64,000 nucleotides of DNA from an uncultured Holophagales bacterium (GCA_963842525.1 CAWJGT010000003.1:1216001-1280000); one strand, 5' to 3'. Positions 27,908-38,769 are shown, numbered from the stretch's first letter. A program made the numbers and translations. The notes: generated from the letters alone by a model not told the origin.

Positions 27908-28879
27908 TCAACAGTACCCGATCCTCCGGTACCAATCCACCGCATCCCGCAGCGTCTCGCCGAGCGGCCGCGGCGCCGCGCCGAGCGCCGTCTGTAGCGG
28001 ATTCGGCGTCATCGGATAGCTCTCGTTGACCAGCAGCAGGCTCAGGGTAGGCCAGGGGGAGGGCCGGCCTGTCAGGGCACAGAAGGCTTCGGTCCACCAG
28101 GAGGCGGCGAGGCCGAGGCCGACGGGGGTGTGCAGGCGGGGTGGAGGCACGCCGCCGATCGCACAGAGGCGGGCTGTCAGCTCGTCGACGGTCAGGTTGT
28201 GGCCGCAGAGCGGAATGCGCTCGGCGAAACGCTCCTTTTCGACCGCGGAGACTAAGCCGGCCGCCACGTCTCGGACATCGACGGCGTTGAGGATGTGGCG
28301 GACCAGGGCGGCGACCTCGCCGGCGAGGAGCTGGGGGACCAGGCAGAGGTTGCGCGGTTTCAGGTCCCAGGGACCGAAGCAGGTGGTGGGGTTGACGACG
28401 ACCGCCGGCAGGCCCTGACGCGCGGCGGCCAGGACGAGGTTTTCGATCCTTTCCTTGACGGCGAAGTAGGGGTGGCGCCGTGCGAGGCCGGCCGCGATCG
28501 GGTCTCCTCCGGTCCGCGGGCGCGGCAGGGTGACGAACGAGCTCACGTAGGCGAGGCGGGCGTTGTGGTCCGCGACGGCGTCGAGAAGCTGGCGGGTGCG
28601 CTTCTCGGCGCGCTCCAGGAGGGTTGCGGGCGGCTCTTGGAAGAGGTGGAGGGGGTAGGGCGCGGCGGCGTCGACGACGAGGTCGTGTCCCGGGAGCCAG
28701 GCCCGGAGCTGCCCGGGCCGGTCGGCGTCGCCGCGGGCCGGGCGCACGGCGAGCCCTTCGAGGTTGGCCGGGGCCGCGGCGCGGCGGGTGACCGCGGTGA
28801 CCTCGTGGCCGCGGGCGAGGAGCTCCCGCACGACGGCGTTGCCCACGTGTCCGGTCGCACCCAGGACCAGGGCTCGCAT
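27908..28879 (-). CDS. NAD-dependent epimerase/dehydratase (extended SDR)
   Basis: LVLGATGHVG, YFAVK (YxxxK), VVVNPTTCFGP. Confidence 0.9.
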   Translation of the reverse strand: MRALVLGATGHVGNAVVRELLARGHEVTAVTRRAAAPANLEGLAVRPARGDADRPGQLRAWLPGHDLVVDAAAPYPLHLFQEPPATLLERAEKRTRQLLDAVADHNARLAYVSSFVTLPRPRTGGDPIAAGLARRHPYFAVKERIENLVLAAARQGLPAVVVNPTTCFGPWDLKPRNLCLVPQLLAGEVAALVRHILNAVDVRDVAAGLVSAVEKERFAERIPLCGHNLTVDELTARLCAIGGVPPPRLHTPVGLGLAASWWTEAFCALTGRPSPWPTLSLLLVNESYPMTPNPLQTALGAAPRPLGETLRDAVDWYRRIGYC

Positions 28880-28901
28880 CGGAGGTCTCGCGGGGGTGGG
28901 T

Positions 28902-31900
28902 CTACCGGCGCGCGAGCCCCGCGGCCTTGCGTCCGGTTTTGGGCGGCGACAGCTCGGCGAGCAGGGCGCGGGCGTCGCGCAGGTCGCGGACGTCGAGGTC
29001 GGCGAAGCGGCCGGCGGCTTCGGCGAGGAGCATGCGCGCTTCCGCGCCCTGTCCCTGGGCCTGGAGCAGCCGGCCGAGGCTGACCTCGGCGCGCAGCTCC
29101 AGGAGGCGCATGCCGCGGCGGCCGGCGATCTCGACCGCGCGGCGGAAGCAGGCTTCGGCCGCGGCCCCCTGGTGGCGGCGCGCCAGGGTCTCGCCCTTGA
29201 GCCGCAGGAGCTCGGCTTCGTAGAAGCTGTCCACGTTTTCCGCCGCCAGGGCGAGCGCCTCCTCGGCGGTCTCCTGCGCTTCGTCGAGCCGTCCGGCGGC
29301 CAGGAGCGCCTCGACCAGGTAGCCGAGCCAGTAGGTCAGCGGCAGTTTCTGCTCGATGGCGTGGAAGAAGGCAACGCCTTCGCGGATCTTCGCGATCCCC
29401 TCGTGCGGTTTGCCCTGGAGCGTCCGCACCCAGCCGTGGCCGATCTTGCCGAGAGCCAGCCAGAAGGGGAACCGGTACTCGCTCGACAGCGCCATGGCGC
29501 GCTCGGCCAGCTCGCCGGCCTTCTCGACGTCCCGCAGCTCGTGCTGGTGCATCATCGAGAAGACGAAGCAGCGGGCGAGCGACATCGGATCGGCGAGCTG
29601 CTCGGCGAGGTCGAGCGCCTTCTGTTCCCTCTCCACGGCCTCGTCGATGCGGCCCGAAAGGACGTGCAGCCACTCGACCTGGACGTTCGAGAAGATGCCG
29701 ACGTCGTCGCTGAAGCTCTGGATGAGGAGCTGGTGCTGGCCGGGATCGTAGCGCTCGAAGACGCGGTCGAAGTGGTCCCGCGAAGCCCGGAAGTCGCCCA
29801 GGTAGAAGGTCGTGATGCCGGCCGCGAAGTGGGCGGCGATCTCGAGGATCGGGTTGCCGGAGCTCTGGGCGTAGGCCAGGAGCTGGTCGGCGAATTCCAC
29901 GGTCGGCCCGCGGTAGCTGCGGGCGAGGTTGAACACCCAGAGCCCGTAGAGGACGGGGAAGAGCTCCGGCGGGTTGCCGAGGAGCGCACAGAGCTCGCGC
30001 GCTCGTGCGTACGCCTGTTCCACCTCCTCCGCGGCATAGCCCCTGGTGCCGATCAGGACGGCGCCCAGGGCCGAGCGCAGCGCCACCTCGCGGCGGATGC
30101 GGTCCTCGTGCTCGGGCAGGGTGAGGAGCAGCTCGATCGCCTTGCGGAAGTACTGGATTGCCTCCAGGTAGGCTGAGCGCTCGGTGGCGCGCTGGCCGGC
30201 GAGCTGGAGGTAGTGGACCGCCCGGTCCGGCATCCCGGCTTCCTCGAAATGGTAGGCCAGAAGCTCCGGCGCGATGTCGAGGGAGTCGAGGACGCGCTCC
30301 TCGACGAGCCGGGCGATCTGGAGATGGATGCGCCGGCGCTGGCTGCGGAGCAGCGACTGGTAGGCGGCGTCCTGGATGAGGGCGTGCTTGAACACGTAGA
30401 ACGGCGGATCGCCCCGGCGGTAAACCAGCTCGGCGGTCTCCAGGCGGCCGAGCTCGCGCTGCAGGGAGGTCTGGTCGAGCGGCGAGAGGGCGGCGAGGAT
30501 CTGGAAGGAGAAGCGCCGGCCCACGGTCGCGGCGAGCTGGGCGACCTCCTTGGCCGTCCCCAGGCGGTCGAGCCGGGCGGCGAGCGAGTCACGCAGGGTG
30601 GCCGGGATGCTCAACGGGCGCAGCGGCTCGGCGAGCTCCCAGCGGTCCCCTTGGTCGACGAGCACCCCCGATTCGAGGATGCTCTTGGTCATCTCTTCGA
30701 CGTACAGCGGGACACCGTCGGTCTTCTCGACGAGATGGCTCAGCACCTCGTCGGGCAGCGGCCTTCCGCCGGTCAGCCCGGCGACCATCTGCTCGATCTG
30801 CGGGGTCTCGAAGCGCTGCAGGGTCAGCCGGGTGAGGTGCGGGCGCTCCTTCCAGGGCAGGTCGAAGCTCGGGCCGGGTGGTGAGCAGCGCGAGGACCGG
30901 CGCCGACTCGACACGCTCGAGCGCGAGGTCCAGGAACTGGCGGGTCGAGGGATCGATCCAGTGGAGGTCCTCGATCACCAGGACGGCCGGTTTCTCCTGT
31001 CCCATCCGCACCAGGATGTCGCACAGGGCCTCGAGCGTCCTCTCCTTCTGGAGCTGCGGGGTGAGCTGCAGCGGCGGATACCGGCCGTCCAGGGGGAGCG
31101 AGAGGAAGGGCGCCAGCAGCGGCATGGTCTCGGCCAGGGGAAATTCGAGCCCGGCGAGGCCCGCCTCCAGCTTCTCCAGCCTCTGGTCAACAGAGTCCTC
31201 GCGCTGGAACCGCAGCCACTTCTGCGTCCCCTCGATCAGGGGATGGAGCGCGCTGTTCTGGGTGAAAGGCGAGCAGCGGCAGACCCACCAGGCGCCGGCC
31301 TCGGGGCTGACCATCTCGCGCAGGGTATGGACGAGCCGCGACTTGCCGATCCCCGCCTCGCCCGAGACGAGCACGACCTGGCCGCGCCATTGCGCGCAGG
31401 CTGCGAACCGCTCGAGCAGGGTGCCGAGCGGGCGCCTGCGGCCGACGAGCGGGCTCAAGCCCTGCCGGACGGCGTGCTCGAAGCGTCCCTGGATGCCGCT
31501 TTCGCCGAGCACGCGGTAGACCTCGACCGGCTGTGAAACCTCCTTGAGGCTCTGCGGCCCCAGAGGCTCCAGGGAGAAGAGGCCCTGCACCAGCTCGTGC
31601 GTGGCGGCGCTCATGACCACGTTGCCGGGCGCCGCGACCTCCTGCAGGCGCGCCGCCAGGTTGGGCGTCTGGCCGAGAGCCAGTTGCTCGCGCCGGCTCG
31701 TGCTGCCGATGATTCCGGTCACCACCGGGCCGGTGTGGATGCCCACGCGCACCGCCAGGCCGGTCCCGATCCGGCCGGCGACCCGGTCGGACAGCTCACC
31801 GAGGGCACCGACGATCTCCAGGCCCGCATGGACGGCCCGGCGAGCATCGTCCTCGTGTGCGGTGGGGTAGCCGAAGTAGACCAGGATGCCGTCGCCGAGG

Positions 31901-32265
31901 TATTGGGCGATGTGCCCGTCGTAGCGCTCGATCACCGCGCCCGCCGCGGCCTGGTAGTCGCGGATGACCTCGCGCAGCTCCTCCGGATCGAGGTTCCCCG
32001 CGAGGGCGGTCGAGCCGACCAGGTCGCAGAAGAGGACGGTCAGGTGGCGGCGCTCCGCCGTGTCGTCGCCGGACCACGCCGTCCGCGGCGGCGCCGGAGC
32101 CGGGCTCGCGTCGCCCAGCGCAGCGCCGCACTGGCCGCAGAAACGGAAACCCGGCGGGCTCTGGGCTCCGCACCGGGGACAGAGGAGCGGCAGCGGTTGG
32201 CCGCAGCCGCCGCAAAACCGGTTCTCGTCCGGATTTGTGCAGTTACAAGCAGGACATCGCATCAC
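28902..32265 (-). CDS. Double zinc ribbon + class III nucleotide cyclase + AAA ATPase + TPR protein (frameshift ~30872)
   Basis: CPACNC..FCGGCG, TVLFCDLVGST, YLGDG, GEAGIGKS, IEDLHWID, GVPLYVEE, FKHALIQDAAY. Confidence 0.9.
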
Positions 32266-32375
32266 GAGCTGTGACTCTTCGATGCCCCGATCCTAGCGCA
32301 ACGGAGGGCCGGGTGTCACCCCGTCACCGGGCCTTGAGGGTGTTTGGAAAACTCTGCTGGGGGCGTCGCGTTGTT

Positions 32376-32517
32376 CCCTCACCCCCGCCCCTCTCTCATC
32401 CGCCCTTCCTTCCCCCGGGAGAGAGGAGAAAAGCATGATCAGGAAGCTCCTGGGAGGGGGCTCCCCTCTCCCGGGCGGGTGTGAGTGCGGCTGGGAGAGG
32501 GGCCGGGGGTGAGGGGC
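32376..32517. repeat. Two inverted REP-like palindromic elements
   Basis: CCCTCACCCCCGCCCCTCTCTC...GAGAGG and CCCCTCTCCC...GGGAGAGGGGCCGGGGGTGAGGG. Confidence 0.75.
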
Positions 32518-32549
32518 CAGGGCTCGCGCAGGAATTTCCAGACACCCTC

Positions 32550-33410
32550 TTAGAACGTGTCGCAGCGTTCGGTGTCGCCCGTCTCGTAGCCGGTGCGGAA
32601 CCACTGGGCGCGCTGCTGCGAGGAGCCGTGCGTCCAGGTCTCTTGGTTGGTCGTCCCCGTCGCCTGGCCCTGGATGCGGTCATCGCCCACGGCTGCCGCG
32701 GCGTTGAGGCCTTCGTCGATGTCCCCCGGCTCGAGCTCGATGTCGATGCCACCCTGCAGGTTGTTGCCCTGGGTGCGGTTCGCCCAGACCCCGGCGAAGC
32801 AGTCGGCCTGGAGCTCGAGCTTCACGGACAGCTCGTTGGCTTGGCCGGGGTCCGCTCCCTGCGCGCGGCGGACCTGGTTGCTGATCCCCAGCAGGTTCTG
32901 CACGTGATGGCCGAGCTCGTGGCCGATCACGTAGGCCTGCGCGAAGTCGCCCGATGCGCCAAAGCGGCTTTGGAGCTCGTCGTAGAAGCCGAGGTCGATG
33001 TAGACCTTCTGGTCGGCGGGGCAGTAGAAGGGCCCCATGGCGGCCTGGCCCATGCCGCAGCCGGATGGGGTCGAATCCCGGAAGATAACCAGCTTGGCCG
33101 GCTGGTAGGCCTGCCCCGAGTCGCGGAAGAGCTGGGTCCAGGTGGCCTGGGCGTCGTCGAGGACGTCCGAGACCATTTCGACCTGCTTCTCCTCCGCGGG
33201 GGAGGACTGGACGGGCGCTCCGCTGTCGGACAGGGGAGCCGATCCGCCGCCGCCCAGGAGGGCGAAGAAGTCGGTCTTGAAGACAAAGCTCAGGATGAGC
33301 AGGAGGAGGAAGCCGCCGATCCCCAGCTTGGGGAGCCCGCCCATCCTCCCGGTTCTCATCCCCCGGCGATCCTCGAGATTGCCGCTACGGCCGCCTGGTG
33401 TCCAGCGCAT
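32550..33410 (-). CDS. ypfJ: Neutral zinc metallopeptidase, YpfJ family
   Basis: NLEDRRG, GPFYCPADQKVYIDL, HELGHHVQ, ELQADCFAG, THGSSQQR. Confidence 0.92.
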   Translation of the reverse strand: MRWTPGGRSGNLEDRRGMRTGRMGGLPKLGIGGFLLLLILSFVFKTDFFALLGGGGSAPLSDSGAPVQSSPAEEKQVEMVSDVLDDAQATWTQLFRDSGQAYQPAKLVIFRDSTPSGCGMGQAAMGPFYCPADQKVYIDLGFYDELQSRFGASGDFAQAYVIGHELGHHVQNLLGISNQVRRAQGADPGQANELSVKLELQADCFAGVWANRTQGNNLQGGIDIELEPGDIDEGLNAAAAVGDDRIQGQATGTTNQETWTHGSSQQRAQWFRTGYETGDTERCDTF

Positions 33411-33560
33411 GGTTCTGTTCCTCCTCGCGGGCCCGGTCCTCCCAGGCCCGTCATGTTCCCTAGCCTATGCCAGTGTGATGCCAGCAGGGGCCCGCCTGCG
33501 GTAGAGTGGGGCGTCTTTGGACCGCGCAACCCGGATTCTCGGCAGAAAGGAGGTGATCCC

Positions 33561-33614
33561 ATGAAGATCAGAAGCAATCTGAAGGCTGGAAACTTCGTCA
33601 ACCCGAATGTTTGA
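33561..33614 (+). CDS. 17-aa peptide MKIRSNLKAGNFVNPNV
   Basis: Preceded by a very strong SD, AGAAAGGAGGTGAT. Confidence 0.65.
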   Translation: MKIRSNLKAGNFVNPNV

Positions 33615-33629
33615 GCGTTTCGCAGGTTG

Positions 33630-33825
33630 GAAGGCAGACCCGCGTTGACCGCGTATGCTTGCTCGTGTCGTCCCGTGCGGCTATGCTGCGTGCGGCGCAG
33701 CAGGGCGCCGCCGTGTCCGCGGGAAGGACTGCGTCCCCCTGAGCTGGTTGATTCCATCTCGTCGCTTCGACGAGCTCTTTTCTGCCCGAGCGAGCGGACA
33801 CCGGGCGCAACGGAAAGGAGCTCCA
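33630..33825 (+). promoter_or_regulatory. Candidate structured leader/attenuator upstream of the ankyrin gene
   Basis: Hairpins TGCTGCG/CGCAGCA, CTCGTCG-CTT-CGACGAG followed by CTCTTTTT, and GCCCG/CGGGC before the RBS. Confidence 0.4.
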
Positions 33826-33827
33826 TC

Positions 33828-35345
33828 GTGACCCCCAGAATCCTGCCTACTCGTACGCTCCGCGCACGGCCGGACCTCGATCAGCTCAAGCGGCAGGCGA
33901 AAGAGCTGCTGGCGGCATTCGTCGCCGGCGACGCCGATGCCGCCGCGGAGGTGAGCACACACTACCGCGGCGCGGATGCTGCGACCTTCGCGCTGCACGA
34001 CGCGCAGCTCGTGCTGGCGCGAAGCTACGGCTTCGACAGTTGGCCGAAGCTCAAAGCCTATGTGGACGGCGTGACGGCCGGCCGCCTTTGCGATGCGGTG
34101 GAGCGCGGCGACATCACGGCGGTGCGCGACATGCTGCGGCGGCGGCCGGAGATCGTCAACCTGGAGCGGCCAGGCCATGGCGAGGAGCGGGCGCTGCACC
34201 TGGCGGTGCTGCGCCGCGACGCGGCCATGGTGCGGCTGCTCATGGAGCACGGGGCTGACGCCCGGCTGGGAATCTGGCCCAACCGCGACGCCACCAGTGC
34301 ATTCACGCTGGCCAGCGAACGCGGCGATGACGAGATCGTCGAAATCATCCGTGCAGGGGAGCAGCGCCAGGCGGACCCTGGATCGCAGGCCGCCGTGCAG
34401 GAAGCACCGGACGAGCCGCTCCTGCTTGCGGTGGAGAGCGCCCGCCCGGAGGTTGTGACGCAGCTCCTGGACCGCGGCCTCGACCCGGACGAACCATGGC
34501 GCGTCGAGGGTACGGACGAAGTGGTGATCTCGCGCGGCGGACCGCTCTACCACTGCGCCAGGACCGGCAAGCTCGCGATGGCGGAGCTGCTGCTCCAGCG
34601 TGGAGCCGACCCGAACGCGCAGGTGCATGCATGCGGCTCGCCGACCTATGTCGCCCATCACCGGAACGACCGGGCGATGATCGAGCTGCTCGAACGTCAC
34701 GGCGGCGTGCTGGACGCGGCCTCGGTGGGGTATCTCCGCCAGACGGAGCTGGCGCGAAAGATGCTCGCGGGCGAGGTCGACCCCCAGTTGCAGAGAGGGA
34801 TGTTCTCGGGGGAGACGGTGGCCGAGCAGCTCCTGTGGAGCGGAGCGAGCGGCGGCGATCCCGAGATCGTGCGGATGGCGCTCGAGCGCATCGACTGGCC
34901 GCGCGACGATCGGCGGTGGTTCTGGATGTTGTGGCGGCCGCTGCCCGGACATGCGCCGCGCCCGGAGCCGGACCGCAAGGAGTATCTCGCGTGCTTTCGC
35001 CTGATCCTGGAGAGTTGCGATCCCAACGTCCGCGCCGAGCCGCACGGCCAGACGATGCTGCACGAGGTCGTGGCGCGAGACCACCAGGAGGGCGTGGGGC
35101 TCGCAACGGCGCTCCTCGATGCGGGCGCGAGGGTGGATGTGCGCGACGATCTGCTCAAGAGCACGCCGCTCGGGTGGGCATGCCGGTGGGGCCGCATCGA
35201 GCTGGTGCGCCTGCTGCTGGAGCGGGGCGCCGACCCGGTGGAGGCGGACGCCGAGCCGTGGGCGACACCGCAGGCATGGGCGGAAAAGAAACGGCACGAC
35301 GAGGTGCTCGCGGTGCTGCGCGAGCATGGGAAAATTGTTGGTTGA
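33828..35345 (+). CDS. Ankyrin repeat protein with N-terminal RPDLDQLKRQAKEL domain
   Basis: GTG with AAGGAG RBS; ALHLAV, GADPNA and STPLGWAC repeats. Confidence 0.9.
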   Translation: MTPRILPTRTLRARPDLDQLKRQAKELLAAFVAGDADAAAEVSTHYRGADAATFALHDAQLVLARSYGFDSWPKLKAYVDGVTAGRLCDAVERGDITAVRDMLRRRPEIVNLERPGHGEERALHLAVLRRDAAMVRLLMEHGADARLGIWPNRDATSAFTLASERGDDEIVEIIRAGEQRQADPGSQAAVQEAPDEPLLLAVESARPEVVTQLLDRGLDPDEPWRVEGTDEVVISRGGPLYHCARTGKLAMAELLLQRGADPNAQVHACGSPTYVAHHRNDRAMIELLERHGGVLDAASVGYLRQTELARKMLAGEVDPQLQRGMFSGETVAEQLLWSGASGGDPEIVRMALERIDWPRDDRRWFWMLWRPLPGHAPRPEPDRKEYLACFRLILESCDPNVRAEPHGQTMLHEVVARDHQEGVGLATALLDAGARVDVRDDLLKSTPLGWACRWGRIELVRLLLERGADPVEADAEPWATPQAWAEKKRHDEVLAVLREHGKIVG

Positions 35346-35349
35346 TTTT

Positions 35350-35407
35350 TCCCCCTCTCCCGGGGACGGGTGGAAGGGAGATGGGAGAGGGGGTCAGGGG
35401 GTGAGGA
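35350..35407. repeat. REP-like palindromic element between convergent genes
   Basis: CCCCCTCTCCC...GGGAGAGGGGGTCAGGGGGTGAGG. Confidence 0.75.
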
Positions 35408-36644
35408 CCTTCTCCTCCCAAATCTTGCACAGCTCGACGATCACCTCGACCGCCTTCTCCATGTCCTGCGCCGAGACCCATTCGAGGCGGGAGTGGAAGT
35501 TCTGCTCGCCGGCGAAGACGTTGGGCGTTGGCAGCCCCATGAAGCTGAGCTTCGAGCCGTCGGTGCCGCCGCGGATGGCCTTCGAGATCGGCTCGATGCC
35601 GGCGCGGCGGATCGCCTCACGGGCGTTCTCGATCACGTCGGGATGGTGGTCGAGGATCTCGCGCATGTTGCGGTAGCTCTCTTCGACCTTGACCTCGAAC
35701 GAGGAGCCGGGCCAGTCCGCCACGGTCTCGCGGGCGAGCCGCTCCAGGATGTCCTCTTTCTCCTTGAGGCCCGGCGTGTTGAAGTCGCGGATCAGCAGCT
35801 TGACCGAGGTCTTCTCGACGCTCGCATGGACCACATAGGGATGGACGTACCCTTCGTAGTCGTCTGTCGTCTCCGGCGACAGGCTGTCCTCGGGAAGACG
35901 GGTGATGAAGTCGGCGGCGATCTTGATCGAATTGATCAGCTTTCCCTTGCCGAAGCCCGGGTGAGTGTTGAACCCCTGAAACGTGATCGTCATGGCGTCC
36001 GCCGAGAAGCTCTCGTATTCGATCTCGCCTCGTGCGCCGCCATCCATGGTGTAGGCGTACTTGGCGCCGAACTTCGCCACGTCGAAGTATTTGGTACCGG
36101 CGCCCACCTCCTCGTCGGGAGTGAAGCCGATGCGGATCGTCCCGTGCGGGATCTCGGGATGAGCCATCAGGTATTCGGCGGCAGCCACGATCGACGCCAC
36201 GCCGGACTTGTTATCGGCGCCGAGGAGTGTCGTGCCCGAGGCGGTGATGATGTCATCGCCGATCCGCTCGCCCAGGTAGGGATTATCGGCCGCGCGCAGG
36301 ACCGCCGTGGGGTCGTCCGGCAGCACGAGGTCCTGGCCCTGGTAGTTGCGATGGACGATCGGCTTGACGCCGGTGCCACTCATCTCGGGCGAGGTGTCGA
36401 CGTGGGCGATGAAACCGATGACCGGCACGCCGGCCTTCGTTGTCGTGGCCGGGATGGTCGCCATCACATAGCCGTGCTCGTCGATGTCCGCAGAGAGCCC
36501 GAGGGAGCGCAGCTCGTCGACCAGGTGGCGCAGCAGGTCGAGCTGCTTGGCCGTGCTGGGATAGGTCTGCGATGTCTCGGTCGACTGGGTGTCGAAGGTC
36601 ACATAGCGCAGGAAGCGCTTGACGCAGGAGGCGGGCTCGGTCAT
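35394..36644 (-). CDS. pepT: Peptidase T (M20B tripeptidase)
   Basis: RFLRYVTFDTQS, IAHVDTS, LGADNKSG, FTPDEEVG, IRGGTDG, NFHSRLEW. Confidence 0.95.
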   Translation of the reverse strand: MTEPASCVKRFLRYVTFDTQSTETSQTYPSTAKQLDLLRHLVDELRSLGLSADIDEHGYVMATIPATTTKAGVPVIGFIAHVDTSPEMSGTGVKPIVHRNYQGQDLVLPDDPTAVLRAADNPYLGERIGDDIITASGTTLLGADNKSGVASIVAAAEYLMAHPEIPHGTIRIGFTPDEEVGAGTKYFDVAKFGAKYAYTMDGGARGEIEYESFSADAMTITFQGFNTHPGFGKGKLINSIKIAADFITRLPEDSLSPETTDDYEGYVHPYVVHASVEKTSVKLLIRDFNTPGLKEKEDILERLARETVADWPGSSFEVKVEESYRNMREILDHHPDVIENAREAIRRAGIEPISKAIRGGTDGSKLSFMGLPTPNVFAGEQNFHSRLEWVSAQDMEKAVEVIVELCKIWEEKVLTP

Positions 36645-36833
36645 GGCCTCTCCTCACGCGAGAGCCGGGGCACAGACGAAGACGCTGGCAAGCAGTGCCG
36701 GGGAAAGGGGCTGGAGCGGTCGCATCGCGCGGACCTTAACATGCATGGCTCCCGGCTGGAGCCGGCGGGCACCCTTTATTGTGTGAGGACGCTTCATGGT
36801 GAAGTCCTCAACTTCCTGAAGGGAGGAAAACCT

Positions 36834-37172
36834 ATGTCGAAAACGAGAATCGGATTGCTCCTGGCGGTGGCCCTGCTGGCGGCTCTGAGCGCGATGCCGG
36901 CCTCCGCCGAGGACGTGACGGCTCCGCAGGAAACCGTCCCGGCCGTGGCCGCGGCCCTGCCGCCCGCGACGGCGGGATGTGAGCCGAGCCTCGACTTCCT
37001 CGCCGACACTACCCACGGAGAGGTGTGCCCGGCCGCCCCGGCTCCCGCCAACTCGGCTCCGGAGTTTCTGGCCATCCGGCGGACCTGCCGCTGCAGTTGC
37101 GGATTTCCCTGTCAGACCAACGCCGACTGCGGCCCCGGTGGGATCTGCTCTCCCGGCATCACCTGTTGCTGA
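36834..37172 (+). CDS. Small secreted protein with C-terminal 8-Cys knottin-like domain
   Basis: GGAGG RBS, signal peptide, RRTCRCSCGFPCQTNADCGPGGICSPGITCC. Confidence 0.75.
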   Translation: MSKTRIGLLLAVALLAALSAMPASAEDVTAPQETVPAVAAALPPATAGCEPSLDFLADTTHGEVCPAAPAPANSAPEFLAIRRTCRCSCGFPCQTNADCGPGGICSPGITCC

Positions 37173-37205
37173 GGCCCGGACGGGGCCGGCCAATCCCGGC
37201 CCCGC

Positions 37206-38756
37206 TCACTCCGCGCCGATCCCCAGGTAGGTCCGCAGCTTCTCGTCCTCGAACTTGGCCGCGGCCCCCTGCTCCCGGCCGAGCAGCGAGACCACGAAGG
37301 CGACCAGGAACGCGGCGGTCATCGAGACGATCGCCGGGTTCTTGAGCGGGAAGGGCGCCGTCTCGTTGCCCAGCACGTCGACCCACACCGTCGGGCTGAT
37401 CACGATCAGGAAAACCGATAGGAAGGCTCCGGTCAGGATTGACCACACCGCGCCGGCGGTGGTGAAGCGCTTCCAGACGATGGACAGCAGGAGGGCCGGG
37501 AAGTTGGCGCTACAGGCCACGGCGAAGGCGAGGCCCACCATGAACGCTACGTTCTGTCCCCTGAAGAGCATGCCCAGAAGCACGGCCAGGATGCCGAAGG
37601 CCACAGTCGAGGCCCGGGCCACCCGCACCTGCTCCTGCTCGGTCGCCTGCCCGCGCTTGACTACGCTCACATAGATGTCGTGCGACAGCGCCGACGCGCC
37701 GGCCAGGGTGAGCCCGGCGACTACGGCGAGAATAGTGGCGAAGGCCACGGCCGCGATGAAACCCAGGAAGAGAGTACCGCCCAGCGATTCGGCGAGCAGG
37801 GGAGCCGCCATGTTGCCGCCCTTGTCGATGGCGCTGATCAGATCGCGCCCGACGAGCACCGAGGCGCCGAAGCCGACGATGGGGATGATGATGTAGAAGT
37901 AGCCGATGAAACCCGTGGCGTAGAGCACCGACTTGCGCGCCGCCCGGGCGTCCGGCACTGTGTAGAAGCGCATCAGGATGTGCGGCAGCCCGAGCAGACC
38001 GAGCATCAGGGCGAGCCCCAGCGAGATCGCATCGACCGGGTTGGTCACCAGACCGCCGGGCTCCAGCGCCTCCTGCCCGAGCTGGACGGCGACCGCATCG
38101 TAGAGGTTGCCCGGGCTCCAGCCGAACTGTGCAAGCACGATGAGCGTCAGGATCGTGACGCCCACCAGCAACAGGATCGCTTTGATGATCTGTACCCAGG
38201 TCGTCGCGATCATGCCGCCGAAGAGGACATAGGCCAGCATCACCGCGCCGACGAGGATCTCGGCCGCCTCGTAGGGAATGCCGAACATCAGTTTGATCAG
38301 GTTTCCCGCGCCCACCATCTGCGCGATGGTGTACAGGAGGACGGTCAGGATGCCGCCGATCGCCGAGGCGATGCGCACCGGCGTCTGTCTCAGACGGAAG
38401 GCCACGACGTCCGCGAAGGTGTACTTGCCGAGGTTGCGCAGCGGCTCGGCGATCAGGAACATCAGCGCCGGCCAGCCGACGAGCCAGCCCGTGGCATAGA
38501 TCATCCCGTCATAGCCTTTGAGCGCGACGAGGCCGGCGATGCCCAGAAACGAGGCGGCGCTCATGTAATCGCCGGCGAGGGCGAGGCCGTTCTGGAACGC
38601 GCTGACGCTGCGGCCGGCGGCATAGAACTCCCGGGTCGAGCGCGTCTTTTTGGCGGCCCAATACGTGATCGCCAGCGTCATGGCCACGATCAGGAGGAAG
38701 AAGGCGATGGCCGAGGCGGTGGGGGTGCCCAGCGTCGTCTGCGTTGTCTGCATCAT
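37206..38756 (-). CDS. actP: Cation/acetate symporter ActP (SSS family)
   Basis: NGLALAGDYMSAASFLG, GLPHILMRFYTVPD. Confidence 0.92.
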   Translation of the reverse strand: MMQTTQTTLGTPTASAIAFFLLIVAMTLAITYWAAKKTRSTREFYAAGRSVSAFQNGLALAGDYMSAASFLGIAGLVALKGYDGMIYATGWLVGWPALMFLIAEPLRNLGKYTFADVVAFRLRQTPVRIASAIGGILTVLLYTIAQMVGAGNLIKLMFGIPYEAAEILVGAVMLAYVLFGGMIATTWVQIIKAILLLVGVTILTLIVLAQFGWSPGNLYDAVAVQLGQEALEPGGLVTNPVDAISLGLALMLGLLGLPHILMRFYTVPDARAARKSVLYATGFIGYFYIIIPIVGFGASVLVGRDLISAIDKGGNMAAPLLAESLGGTLFLGFIAAVAFATILAVVAGLTLAGASALSHDIYVSVVKRGQATEQEQVRVARASTVAFGILAVLLGMLFRGQNVAFMVGLAFAVACSANFPALLLSIVWKRFTTAGAVWSILTGAFLSVFLIVISPTVWVDVLGNETAPFPLKNPAIVSMTAAFLVAFVVSLLGREQGAAAKFEDEKLRTYLGIGAE

Positions 38757-38769
38757 TGGGCGTCCGCCG

